Assembly: GCF_009914755.1 (NCBI RefSeq) | Contig: NC_060926.1 | Reading direction: 5' to 3' (one strand) | Origin: the human T2T-CHM13v2.0 reference genome, Homo sapiens | DNA length: 64,000 nt | Shown: one piece after another, positions 27,466 to 40,751 of the stretch | Layout of the letters: every line of letters starts with the position of its first letter | Numbering within the stretch: the first letter of the stretch is position 1 | The notes under the pieces: generated by a model | Seen by the model: only the letters and a program-made list of their open reading frames with translations | What the model was told of the DNA's origin: nothing | The model's database searches: none | Translations under genes and position numbers: made by a program

Positions 27466-27845
27466 TCTCTTATCTAATGTGCTGAAATGCCATAATACCA
27501 CATACTGGGTAATTTATAAACAATGAAAATTTATTTTTCATGGTTCTGGAGGCTGGAAAGTCCAAGATCAAGGTGCTGGTGAAGGCTTCCCTGTCTGCTT
27601 CCAAGATGGCGCCCTTTTGGTGCATCCTATGGAGAGGAGGAGCACTGTGTCTTCACATGGCAGGAGAAACAGGTCAACAATGGGGCAATTACTAGTTCCC
27701 TCCAGCTTTTTTATCAGGTCACTAATTCCATTCATGAAGGCTCCACCCTTATGACTTAATCACTTCCTAAAGCCCCACCTCTAATACTATCACATGAGCA
27801 ATTAGGTTTCAACATATGAATTTTGGGGACATTCAGACAGTAACA
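27466..27845 (-). mobile_element. MaLR solo LTR (MLT1A/MST type)
   Basis: CTGGGTAATTTATAAAC...TTCTGGAGGCTGGAAAGTCCAAGATCAAGG...TTTTGGGGACATTCAGAC. Candidate 5-bp TSD CAACC/CAGCC. Confidence 0.85.
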
Positions 27846-29169
27846 CAGCCTTTGCATCAGTTGTTTCCTCTTCCAGGAACTGCTTCCTCCATATATAAAC
27901 ATGGATTGTTTTCTTACCTCCTTCCAGTCTTTTTCAAATGTCACCATTTCCATGAGGCCATGCCAGATTACTTTATTTAATGTATCATTTATTATGTTTT
28001 AATAATACATAAATTACTTATTTATAATGTTTATTATCTATCTCTCCTCTCACTGTAAACTCTCCTATGAGGGCAGGAATTTTCGACTGTTTTGTTAATT
28101 TATATACTCCCAACTTCTCATAATCTCTATTCCATAGAAGTTCAATAAATACCTGCTGAATGAATGAGAAGAATTAATGCAGTCGGATATTATGCTCTCA
28201 TTCCAACAACCTAGAGTCATGTACTGATTTTGAGAGATATTCAGGATATTTTGGCAAAGAACAAAATAGACATATTGAATAATTGTGGAAACATATATCC
28301 TTTTATTATTTCAAAACGTGTCTTTGGATATGAGTATAGCTGTGATTGAGATGACATATCATGTTTATAAAGAAAGCATAATATCTAGTTGCTATAATTA
28401 ATTGCGTCTGTCTAGAGAGTAGAAATCTGTGGAGAGAGGACACTTTCATAGTTTTTAATTATACTTATATATATTTAGCTTTTTAAATAATAAGTATGCT
28501 CCTTGTGATAATTTAAAAATACTTATAGGTTTAAAAACTGGTAATGTCATAAAATATTGGGAGCAATTATTCTCTTGTTCTAAAAATTAACTCATTTAGG
28601 GTGCTAAAATCTATTTCTTGGAGGTCCCCTTTGTAAAACCCTGTAGGTATTTTTCCAGAAATATTCGGAGACCTCTACATTGTATGTGTATTATTCTGAC
28701 CTCCTTTTGTATAGGGCTATCTGCGTTTCATCATTTTAATTCCAAGGAGTGATTTTATAAACTGTTCCTCAGTTCATAGTCTTTGCAATTAAATTGTAAG
28801 TTGACCCACTAACTGAATTACAGAAATCAGATATAAACAAATGAACAGATTTCAGCTGTTCATTTGATATATTGGTTTGAATTAGTTTTAATGGGCCACA
28901 TGGCAGTTTTCTAGCCTGTAACTGCTATTAAACAGAATTCTGTAAATTCACTGAAGATGTTTAAATACTCTGTGTGGTAATACAACTGATTTGTGTTTTG
29001 TACAAGTTAATAACTATAGATTGAATTAAAAAGAAAATATGACCAAAAAAGAGGGTCTATTTAATGCAGTTTTTGTTTTATTACTTTGGAAGATTCATAT
29101 GTCTTAATTTCAATTTTTCTTTTATTTCATTTTTTCAAAATAAAATTATAAGAATATAAGAATAAATAA

Positions 29170-29405
29170 TAATAACAGTAACTTGTATTTCTACTGTGCT
29201 AAGAGCTTTAAATATTTTTTCTCATGTGATTCTTACAATAAACCTATAAAGTTGATATAAATATTATCTCAGTTTTTACAGATGAGAAAGTTGAGGTTTA
29301 AGAAGGCAGAATAACTTATCTATGTCCACAGAGCTAACAAGGTTAGAATCAACACTTATATATTATTGTTAGTTTCATTCTAAAACTGTGTTTTTAAGCA
29401 TTATG
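29170..29405 (-). mobile_element. MIR
   Basis: TTTTTACAGATGAGAAAGTTGAGG...TAACTTATCTATGTCCACAGAGCTA. Confidence 0.75.
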
Positions 29406-32400
29406 TCACTAATATATTTATCCTAGTGAAAATAATTCTTCTGATCATCTTTAAAAATAAATAGGCCTAAAATTGCAAAGGGATTTTGACCTCAAATCGA
29501 TTATAAATCCATTATATGAAACTGTTATATATGGTATCGCATCACAATACTTAGAACACCGACTGGAACATAGTAGGTATACAATAAATAATTTTGAATT
29601 AATGAAATTATGAAAGTTCTCATCTAATATTCTAAATCTTTACAGTGAAGGGAAAAATACCTTTTAAAGTGGGAAGAACAAAAGCAAATGGCACAGGGTG
29701 TTAGTATTTGAGAATGGAATAGTCAAATAAAAGGGATTCAAATTCACTTGACTGGATCATTTAGAAAAACTACAAATAAAGCTGGAAAGTGTCAGGCTAT
29801 TCCATAGTATGCCTACTTTACAGATTACCAAATACATATAGTTTATGTGAGTTTGTATACTTAACAGGGGAATATTTATTTCCTCTGTTAATTTTATGCA
29901 TGTTGAAATATGTGAGGGCCTGGTTAAAATAAGAAGCCCTCTCTGTAGCCCAGATAAAATGAGCCTCTCATTCTTCTCCATTAAATTAGGAGACATTGGT
30001 TGGCCTTTAAATATCATTCTGGACTAGTTAAGCAAACTCATAATGTTTGACTTCTGTTTGACCAGCTCCTCTCTCCAAACTTTGTCAACCACAAAATATC
30101 GTATGACACATTATATATACCTGATGATACTCAAATACTCTTCATCTTTTTATTCTCTACCACTTTACTAGTGCAGATTATCATCTGTTCTAGAACTAAT
30201 GATGAAATCACCTTCAAATTATTCCCCTTGTGTTAGAAGTCCAGCTTGTTGACCACTTCTTCCCACTATCACCATATTTATCTTCCTAGAACATGTGTCT
30301 GTTCTTAAATCTTGCTAATTCCCTGTCACCTTTTGCTAATTCCAGGAGGAAGTGTAAAGCTTCCTCATGAAATTAAAGAAGTCTGCCACAGCCACCTTTC
30401 CTGGCTCACCTTCCCACAATCCTCCAGCAAACCTGAATTGCAATCATAAAGACCAACTCTGGCTGCCCCAGATAACCAAGCACCATCTGAGGCTGAATCT
30501 TGTTTCTAAAATGCTGTAGCTCTTGCTTTGTTATCAGTCAAAACCCTTCTCAAACATCAAGGCTCAGAAAAAATGCCATCTGTTTCATGATGTTTTTCCT
30601 AGTCTCCCCTATTTTACTCCTACCTTAAAATTAAGCATTTCCATAAAACTTTACTTATACCTACATTTATTGCATATCTCCTTCCCAAATTTATTATAGT
30701 TGTCATTATTCTTTCCTTATTGGTTTCAAACTCTTTATGGACAGGTAAAGTGGCTCATGTAAGTGTTTCTCTTCCAGTGCCTAGAACAGGACAATATTTG
30801 CAGCAACAAAATATTCAATATAATAAAAATATGTTGTTTACTGAAAAAACACTCAATAAACTCAAAAACTACAATAAAATATTTTGTACAGAATAAAGAT
30901 AGCAAAGAAAAAAACATAATTCTCCATATAATGGAAAAGGAACATGTTAAAACTTGTATTGATAACTAGATGAATATAGATGGATGTTTTACTGGAAAAG
31001 GGAAATAGAAGAGCAGAAAGGAAAACACATCAAAATTATTCTTTGATTTCAACTTTCCAAGGAAAAATTATTTTCAGGTACTAAGTTTGTCTGCATTGCA
31101 AAGGAGTGATTTTGTAATTTCCAGAACTGTCATCCTTTGTTCCACTGTTGTCCTTCACCCAGTATGCTCTCTGGGGGGTTTTAGGAGATTGCACACCAGG
31201 AGCGCTGGGCACAATGGCACTGAAGTCTTGCAGTGCAGGAAGCCTCAGCAATCAATTCCCACGCTTTCCAGGTGGTGCTGTTTGGTTCCATTCACATTAA
31301 CTTTTCAGCTTTCTATGTGAAGAAAGCCTCCAGATAGTGAAGAGGGAGGGAGAGCAATAAGACCAGTGATTACAAATCCATCACTTTCATTGTTCCAGAG
31401 CCAGTAGCAGAACACAGCTGATAGACAAAGCACTGGTTTTGTTCAATAATTAGGTTGTTTCTTAGAGGAGAATATGAAGCCTTTTCAATATTTTACTCTT
31501 TTTAGAAAATATGTATATTGTATCAAACATTGTGTGGCACACAATAGAAATGGAGGTTTTAATAGTAGTCCTTATTGTGAACATCAAATATTAAAGGCAG
31601 TTTTGATTAGATTTGGGGAAGAATCAGCTCTACTGCATGCATAAAGCCAAAATATGTGGGACACTGGTCCACCTGAGAAGCAAGGTAGATATTTCCCAAA
31701 TTAAGGGTAATTCAGGAGAGGTATTACTATTGCGTACACTTATAAAATATACTCAAAATTTGGGCAAAGATAAGAAAAGGATTTTTAGGCATATGGGTAT
31801 GTGTATGTCTTTCTGAAAAAAAAAAAACTAAAATTTTAAGAATGCTATCATAATGATATACAAGTAAAATAGTCTGGATGTGAATACATCCGGGTCTTTT
31901 CAAGATGGTCCTTGCCAGGATTTTGTTGAAATATTATTTTCATGCTATCAAACGTCCTAAGTAAATGTCATTGTGGTTTCTTTATTTACTTTTTGGGCCC
32001 CTACTTTCTCACCGTATTTCCACCAAGTCTGACACCATGTTAGCTGTAAGTGGGGCAAAGAGATATTATAAAACATTCTTCAGTGATTAGAGACATAAAA
32101 GCTATAAAAAATAATATGTTACTTTGTAAATAGAATTCAAATTAGAATTTAACCTTCAAAATATTTTTTTTTGGAAAGTGATGAGAAAACACTGCATCTA
32201 TATGGAAGCCGTGCAGTATAACAGAAAATGTCCTGTTGTATAAGGATGGAACACAGAATTTATTTCCACAACTATCACTGGCTCCTAAGACATTAAAGCT
32301 AGTCACTTAATTTCTGGTGTCTATCAATCAGTTCTTAAAAATGGAAACAATGATGCAAATTCATAACAAGAGATCATACAAATATTGGGATGATAAATAA

Positions 32401-33654
32401 TATGTGACTGTATTTTAGTTGCCCAGTATGCCATTTTGTGATTATTTTTCAGAAAGGATTCATTCCTGAAAGGGAATTACAGAAAATAAGCACTATTGGT
32501 GTGTACTGTATTATTAGATATTTTTACACAAACCATTATGTTGAACTCAGAATAAAAGGCATATTTTAACTGGACATAGAGCCTTGATTTGTTCTAATAA
32601 AACCCTAATTTGCCCAAGTTTTATCAGTAACCATGGTTCCCACATAGTACTCATGGAGGTGGCCATGGTTTTTATTTTCTAATAAGACTCACTGTGGTAC
32701 AAGGTCTGACTCAGAGCTTTTCCTAGGAATATAAAAAGGATAAATAAAAATGTAAAAGAAAAATTATCAAACTGTCCCTTGATAACTAAATGGTTGATCA
32801 TAAATTGGAGTGTCTATGCAAATGAAGTAAATAATTAAAATCTCCAAGAACAGCATTGACTAGGTGGTTGATGACTGGCAATTATAAAAGCTGAATTTTT
32901 AATATGCATACATCCAAGGAGCCAGTAAAAATTAGCTCCCAGACTAATGGACTTGCCTTTCTTCCAAAGCAGAATTTTAATGAGAGCATTATTTATAACG
33001 GAGAGCCCAAGAACCAGGGTATTCTTGCTTAGTCTCATTTTTTTTTCCCTGACACCTTATCCATTAAACTATGAACTTCTTTACAGAAGAATAATACTTT
33101 ATTCCCTAAGAAGTAAAGGTCAAAATGACCTCAGAAATTCGTTGCATTATATATACTCTAAAGACATGCCACTTAGGACAAAAGAAATCATAAAGCGTGT
33201 GTTTCTAAATACCCAAGTTGTATATGCTTTTAAAATATATTTCATAAGATCAAATTACATTCCATATAGTTTTGCCCTTCCACAAATTTTCTGTGTGATT
33301 ATTTCCTACATAAGATAAAATGCAAAATCTTTGAAGGACACTTAAATCTTTTTGCATATATTTTTATAAGGCTTGAGAATGGTTTTAATCATTCCGATAC
33401 GTGTATATTGTTAAGCTGCTAATTTCTTTGAGGCCATTGAAAGGGTTTAATTTTTCCCTAGAAACACCATTTTGTTATTGGCAGTCTGTGTTATAAACAT
33501 CACAGAGTTTAGGTTGCCACTTTCCTTTTTGATATTTCAACCGGAGCGATGTCTGGTTTTGCTTTCATGACTCTTTCCCCCACAGTTGTAACTAAGCAAG
33601 GACTGTTTGGCAGATAGCATCTAAGGAGATTTTATTGTCTGGGTGACAGCTCCC

Positions 33655-33720
33655 TTAAACTATGAGTCAGGCAAAAGCCTGGTCCAAGGATGAGTCAGAG
33701 AGTGGTTTACTCAGAGCTGC
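33655..33720. promoter_or_regulatory. AP-1 motif cluster (candidate enhancer)
   Basis: TGAGTCA at 33663-33669 and 33691-33697, plus TTACTCA at 33707-33713, in apparently repeat-free DNA. Motif evidence only. Confidence 0.4.
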
Positions 33721-34149
33721 CTTAAACAGAAAGTCACTAGTTCCCATCCAATTCTATCCCTTCACCCTCATTCCAGTGCCAACCTAAAATCATATGACCA
33801 AGGGAGATGGGTGGTAAAAGCATTATCAGGAGGAACATGATAAATGAGGTCTCATTAGTCTAAGCTTGTTCCCTTCTGTCACCTTTTTTTTTGTTGTTTT
33901 TAAGCCCTCAGTATTTTAGAAACTTCTATATCTACTCATATATACTGAAGAACCTAAATTTTCTAAAAAAAATCATAGATTTTATTAAAAATCTCAGAAT
34001 GTAGGTACCTTTCTAATGTCCAATATCAGATAGACAACAGACAAATGCTTAGGATAATTAGGTTCTTTATATCAACCAAGGCAAGGCCAGGAGCTTCTCA
34101 CTGAGACTCTTTGTTCAATAAACTGGAGATTGTAACTTTGGTTAATAAC

Positions 34150-35070
34150 ATTGAATTGTGAGTATAGTTAAGTTTATTTTTATATGTGTTTTGGCAATTT
34201 TGTGTTTCTTCTCTTTTTTAATTGCCTATTTTTATCCTTTGCACATTTTCCTCTTGGGGAATTTTTTTTTTTTTCTGATTGGTTTGAAATACCTCTTTGT
34301 GCATTAAGACCATGAGTTTTTTCCTTGCAACAAGTATTTTTCAAGTTTGTTATTTGCCTTTTAATTTTTATACTTGTAATGCATAAGTATGTTTATGCTT
34401 CTGTGTGATCAAATATACCTATACTTTCCCTAATGTTTTATTTCTTATTTTTATATTTAGAAAAGATGCCCCTACTCTGATACCAGATAAATATTTACTT
34501 ATCTTTTTCTGTAATTCTTGTTTGTTTACAACAAATGTAATTCATTTTGGCATATGGTATGGAGTAGATCTTTATTGTTTTCCAAATACTAAGCCAGTTG
34601 TCCAAAGGCTACTTATCAAATGTCATTCTTTCTCCACTGCTTTGAATTATGTGATTTATAACATAGATCTTCGTAGCTTTAATATATACAAAAGCAATTT
34701 TTTTTCTAGTCGGTTCCAGCCATTTATTTGTTTTACTCCAGTATTAGGAATATTTTACTATTTCTAGAAAACTGGAATATTTCCTCACCTAGTAAGTATT
34801 GTTTTTTGTCTTTTTAGCATCAAATGAGCTGATCATATAGATTCCCTCTTTTGATATATCAATATACTGATGTAATTAAGTCTATATTATATCAGTAGAG
34901 TTTCTAACATATAACCACCCTTGCTTTCTTAGAATAAATCCTACTTGGTTATGGTTTTATTATATTAACACATTACTAATATTTTTCAGATTTCTGCATA
35001 TATATAGTATAACTGAGAATGTTATGCAGTTTTCTTTTTGATCTGTCATTGCCCAGGGCTTTATAATTTT
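34150..35070 (-). mobile_element. Ancient L1ME-type ORF2 remnants
   Basis: Antisense L1-like phrases (CCAGTTGTCCAAAGGCTACTTAT, AATAAATCCTACTTGGTTATGG). Heavily diverged. Confidence 0.6.
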
Positions 35071-37410
35071 TTCTTCTTAATTCATAATATAAATTGGAAA
35101 ATATAGTAGAGAAAGTTATAAAAATATGGCTGAGTCAACTAAGAAATTCAATGATTCACCTTCATCTGCCCTACCCGGAAACTGTACAAATAACCAAAGC
35201 ATTATAAAAATCGAGAAAATCTAAAGGTCTGCACCAGTACTGGAAACTAGGAAAGGAGTCTATCCACACAAAGAATATTGAGTAGTTTCTGCTGTATGTG
35301 GTGCATATAACAAATGAAGACTTTTGTGATAGATAACTCACAATTCCACATCCCAAGAAAATAGTGGAGTATCTCAGGAATATAGTTATACAGCTAGGAA
35401 GATCTTCAATAGCATCTCCTGATTTGAATGGGCAAGGGCTCAAAGCAAGGGCAGGTCTGTAGATAGATAAGATGCAAAACTTCTGCCCAAATAGTCTATG
35501 CTCAGCACATTAAATACAAGTATAGTCATATTAGCTCAAAAGCCTTCAGGCAGTCGGACTTCTCCCTGGTATGGCATTAAAAGCTATAAATAATAAAGTA
35601 ATTCAGTAAACAGTATAAGGCATGTAGAGGATAAGCTTGAGATGATCATACAGAATATAGGAGAAAAAGAAAAAATAATGAAAACAACCAAAGGAAAACC
35701 ATTTGCATAGATGACCGACCTTGAAAAACTAAGGTACTGATTTTTCTATATTAACCCAACATGAACTCCAACATAAAATTGGGAGTTACTGGTGGATGTC
35801 TCCATGTTTACTGCACCAATTATACAGAAGAGGCAGCTGTCAGTCAGCCCTTCCTATCCTCCTTCAATTTGGTGTTGTAGATTGCTGAAATACACTACAA
35901 TGTTTTTGTGAGTATCATCTTTCCTTCATCATCAGTTCCCATTTGTTATATATATTTCTTTGGTCATTGTAATCAGGATCTAGGATGAAGAACACAATTT
36001 TTGCCTTATTCTTTTATGTCTTTATTTACTTAAGGCAATAACACTGTAATTTAGTTAGAAACTTAGTTCATTAACTCAAAAGAGAAATTATAACTAATTT
36101 TAAACTCTCTGAGTTTAGGTTTTAAAAATTAGTGAAATTTCTCATTGGTTTCAAAATAAATTAATCATAAATATGTACAAGCTATTTTTTAAGAAACAAT
36201 ATCTTAATCATAAAAGTCACAAATTGAACTTTTTTAAAAGCATTATTTACAGGAAGGTGCTTTTTTTCTTGCTGCACTTTTCTAAAGATAAATACATGAC
36301 CCTTAACATTTCCAGTTTCCAGTTGTCACACATCTTTACAAAGGCAAGCACAAAATTTGCACCTGTTATATGAGAGAAGTAAATGTCCTTTGAGATACTT
36401 TGACAGATACATTATAACAAAGTAAAGCAAAATTTTTAGTCTTTATATAAAAATAAAGTAGAAATATCTAATTAAGGATATGAAGAAAGCTGGTACTATT
36501 TCTGATCTTTCTAATGCCCAAATGAATGTTGTATTGTTTCAAAGTTTCAAATTCTATTAAAAAATTGCTGGCAGATATGTTCTTATTAAACATATAACAT
36601 CATACCACTCCTACACCCCGAACAATCCCACCCACCTTGAGTACAAATCATTTTCAAAATATTGTTTGTCAGGAATTTTTCTTCAGCTATATACCATTTA
36701 AGAATGACACTAAAGGGAAATACTAGACTAGGGAATCTGTTTAGGGAAATCTGCTATTGAATAAAATTGGCATAGATTTAATAATATGAGTTTGAAGATA
36801 GAAATGTAGGTGTTTGATAAAAATTTAGGTAACAGAAATGAAAGCATTTGAAAATAGACATTTAAGATATTTAAAAATAGAATCCAAGATGATGTCATTA
36901 AAAACTGTATTATCAGAAAAAGTAGAAGACAATATATTTTAATTAGGAGGGGTAGGACTTTTTAAAAAATGTTTAAAAATAAAAATGTAATGTATTTTAA
37001 CAATAGGACAGGACAAACATCAGTTTTTTAATTAAAACCCAACTTGGATTTAGTTTCTATAGTACTTTAGATACTTGTATTTCCAAAATAATATACAGAC
37101 AGCTACTCAGCATATGTGTGAATATGAACACATACAAATATATTAGGCCATTTCAATTTTTCATCACAAAGTTAAAATTTCTAGTGACAATTAGTGGTTC
37201 ATTATTCCTTTTAGAAAAGTGGCTGAATATAAGATCAACATGAAAAGATACCTTGCAGTCCTATATACTTGTAACAAACAACTAGAAAATTAAATATAAA
37301 GTAAGATAACACTTAAAGTAGCAATAAAAAATCAACTACCTACCAAAATTGGTCAACAATATGGAATTTCTCTATGCTAAAAACTAAAAAATATTATTGG
37401 TGGAAATTTT

Positions 37411-37714
37411 TTCTTTTTTTTTTTTCTTTTTTTTTGAGACAGAGTCTTGCTCTATCACCAGGCTGGAGTGCAGTGGCGCAATCTTGGCTCACTGCAACCT
37501 CCAACTCCCCTGGTTCAAGCGACTCTCCTGCCTCAGCCTCCTGAGTAGCTGGGATTACAGGCGCCCACCACCATGCCAGCTAATTTTTGTATTTTTAGTA
37601 GAGACGGGGTTTCACCATGTTGGCCAGGATGGTCTCGATCTCCTGAGCTCATGATTCACCTGCCCCGGCCTTCCAAAGTGCTGGGATTACAGGCATGAGC
37701 CACCACGCCCGGCC
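37411..37714 (-). mobile_element. AluSc-like, full length
   Basis: Antisense dimer with TCACCAGGCTGG and GGCCAGGATGGTCTCGATCTC. Candidate TSD GGA(A/T)ATTTT. Confidence 0.93.
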
Positions 37715-38112
37715 GGATATTTTAAAAGACCTAAATATATGCAGGAATATTTCATGTCTGTGCATTGGAAGAACTCAATAGCATAAAGATGTCAATTCTT
37801 CTCAAATTGATCTATAAATTTAGTGAAATACCAAATAAAACATTCCAGCAGTTTCTTTTATAGAAAGACAAGTGATTCTAAAATTCTTATGGCAATACAA
37901 AGGGTCAGGGATAGTACAGACAAGCTTTAAAAAGAACAGAGTTGGAAAACTTACACTACCAGATATCAAGACCTACTATAAGTCTTACTTTAATAATGAC
38001 ATGGTGATATTGGCTCAAAAATAGACAAGTAGAGTAATGGAACAAAATAGAAGGCCTAAAACTGAGACCCATATAAATGTTGCCACCACTTCAACAGAAG
38101 TTACACTGTAAT

Positions 38113-38474
38113 TGCAATGGATTGAATGTTTGTGTCCCTTCTAAAATTGATATGTTGAAATCCTAATGCCCAATGTGACATTATTAGGAGTGAGGCTATT
38201 GGGAGGTAATTAGGTCATCAGGGTGCACCTACATCCACGCAAATCATATTAGTGCCCTTAAAATGGAACACAAGGGAGTTCTCTCACTCTCTGCTATGTG
38301 AGAATAAAATGAGAAAACAGCTATGTGTGATCCAGAAGAGGGCCCTCACCAGAACCCAACCATGCTAGCACTCTGATCTTAGACTGCCAGCCTCCAGAAC
38401 TGTGAGAAATAAATTTCTATGTTCATGAACCACTAAGTCTATGGTATTCTGTCACGGAAATCTCAACTAAGACA
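38113..38474 (+). mobile_element. MLT1A-type MaLR solo LTR
   Basis: TG...GGATTGAATGTTTGTGTCCC...CCAGCCTCCAGAACTGTGAGAAATAAATTTC...CTAAGACA. Confidence 0.88.
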
Positions 38475-38640
38475 TAAATACAATGGAAGAGAGGTTGTTT
38501 TTATGAATGATATAGGATCAATTTCATATTCATATGACAAGTAATAAACTATTGCTCCAAACTTATACAATACACAGGAATTAATCCTAGATAAACTATA
38601 TACCTTAAAGTGAAGTGCAAAGCAATAATTTTTAAAGAAG

Positions 38641-39513
38641 ATAATGGAAGGGAATAGTCTAATCATCTTTGACTTTTGGGTATGTGAGGATTTATTAAAT
38701 GGGCCACAACATGTATTATTACTGAAAGAGAAGATAGAAACACTTTCAATTATCAAAATCAAGAAATTCCATTCATTAACGCCATTATGAACTGAAAAGA
38801 CAACCAGAGTGGGAGAAAATACCTGAAAAAAAGCTAGGGTACAGAAATATGAAGCACTCCTGTAAGTCATAATAAAAAGACAGTTTTCAATTAAAAAACA
38901 GGCAAGAGATTTGAACAGTACATATACAAAAAATATTCAAAGGACTAATAAATATATTAAAAGGCATTAAACATCATTAGTCATCAAGGAAATGTCCTTT
39001 GAAAACACAATGAGATACCACTATAAACGCAATAAAATGCCCCAAAGTAAAACAGCAGATAACGCAAACTGTTAGCAAGGATGCAGAGTGGGAAAAGAAT
39101 ATTAATAATAGCATTATTTTCAATAGTCAAAACCTACAACAACTTTAAATTTCCATCAACAGTAGAGTCAGTAAATAAATGGCATAGCTTCATACGTTGA
39201 AATACCATATACAATGAAAAATAATGAAATACTGCCACACAAAACAATTGAATTTTATAATCTTTTAAACATTATAATCTTTTAAACATAGGAGTGCTTC
39301 ATATTTCTGTACCCTAGCTTTTTTTTTTCAGGTATTTTCTCCCACTCTGGTTGTCTTTCCAGTTCATAATGGCGTTAGTGAATGGAATTTCTTGATTTTG
39401 ATAATTGAAAGTGTTTCTATCTTCTCTTTCAGTAATAATACATTTTGTGGCCCATTTAATAAATCCTCACATACCCAAAAGTCAAAGATGATTAGACTAT
39501 TCCCTTCCATTAT
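38641..39513. repeat. Near-perfect inverted repeat: arms 38641-38861 and 39290-39513, 428-bp spacer
   Basis: Manual comparison shows arm 2 is the reverse complement of arm 1, with 3 substitutions and an A7/T10 run-length difference. Confidence 0.96.
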
Positions 39514-40690
39514 TGTACATTAATTATGTACAATAGTACATAATTAATACCATTTATGTAAAATTAAAAACTTTATTGATAAAAATCAAAATAGTGTTTA
39601 CTTTATGGGGAGATAGTTATTGAGAAAGGGCATGAAGGAGGCTTCTGGACGCCGTAATGATCTACAAGTCAACTTAGGTATTTTCACTTGACATAAACTC
39701 ACCAACTTAAACGCTTGTGATTTCAGCACTTTGCTGTAAGTATGTTATATACTCCAACAAAAATGTTTTCTTACAAAATAAAACAGAAATATGCAGAAGA
39801 AAAACTTCATATCTTCAGGGGAATAATGAACCATACGTCCTTAACACAGAGGCGAAATTCCACAGCAGCCCCACTCCTGAAGTCCAAGGCAGGGAAATAC
39901 ACACATGATGATAATTAAGTGAAACTGATTTATTTTTATCTCAGTATACATTTTTGTAGCGCTATATGACTTCATGTGTTGTGCTTAAGGAAATGCATTC
40001 TTATATCTAAAGTAAGGATGAACAGATTGTAAATTCAAGAACTGTGCTGGAGTTTAAGACTTTTTTATAGTAATTGTTAATTTTCTTAAGTAAAGATTTC
40101 TGCCTTGATTACAACTAATTAGCAAATAAATTTTCTTTCTGTCATATCCCCTTATATGGAATCAAAAACTTATTAAGCATATGTCTATATTTGAATGCAT
40201 TTTTACATGTGAACATCTCTTTTATATATTTAAATGTATATTTGACATAGTAGAGTATATATTTAAATGCAGACACACACAAATACATATGCATTTAAGT
40301 TTTAAATGAATAGTAAACAGTGATATGGATAACCCAAAAATCGTTTCTATTTGAATTTGGAATGCCTTGCATGATTTTTGAGGTATATTTATCTTCTTGA
40401 TTACAGCTTGTTTAGACTGATATTAAAATTAGTCTGCACTACTTGAAGACACAACACCTGATCTTGAAGAATTATATCTAAAACATATTAGTTAACAGAA
40501 AGAAGGTATCTAGGGATTAAGTGTTTTACACTAATATTCATCCAGAAAGATCAGCAACATACTGATAAATGGAAATTAACTGTAAATTAAATTCAATCAT
40601 TAAAATAAGGACATGCCTGAAACAAAATTAAGAAATTGGCCTAAAGTGAAAATTAGGGTATCTCAATTTATTTTAATTCTTCTTATTTTA

Positions 40691-40693
<3 letters not shown>

Positions 40694-40725
<32 letters not shown>

Positions 40726-40751
40726 TGTGTGTGTGTGTGTGTGTGTTTGTG
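40694..40751. repeat. (TG)n interrupted microsatellite
   Basis: Read directly. Confidence 0.95.

Larger units (their letters stand above)
37140..39775 (+). mobile_element. Ancient L1 (L1MC/ME-type) ORF2 and 3' region with nested Alu, MLT1A and an inverted duplication
   Basis: CTCAATAGCATAAAGATGTCAATTCTTCTCAAATTGATCTATAAATT, ACTTACACTACCAGATATCAAGACCTACTATAA, CACAATGAGATACCACT, and a 3' UTR-like GTATGTTATATACTCCAACAAAAA. Confidence 0.8.
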
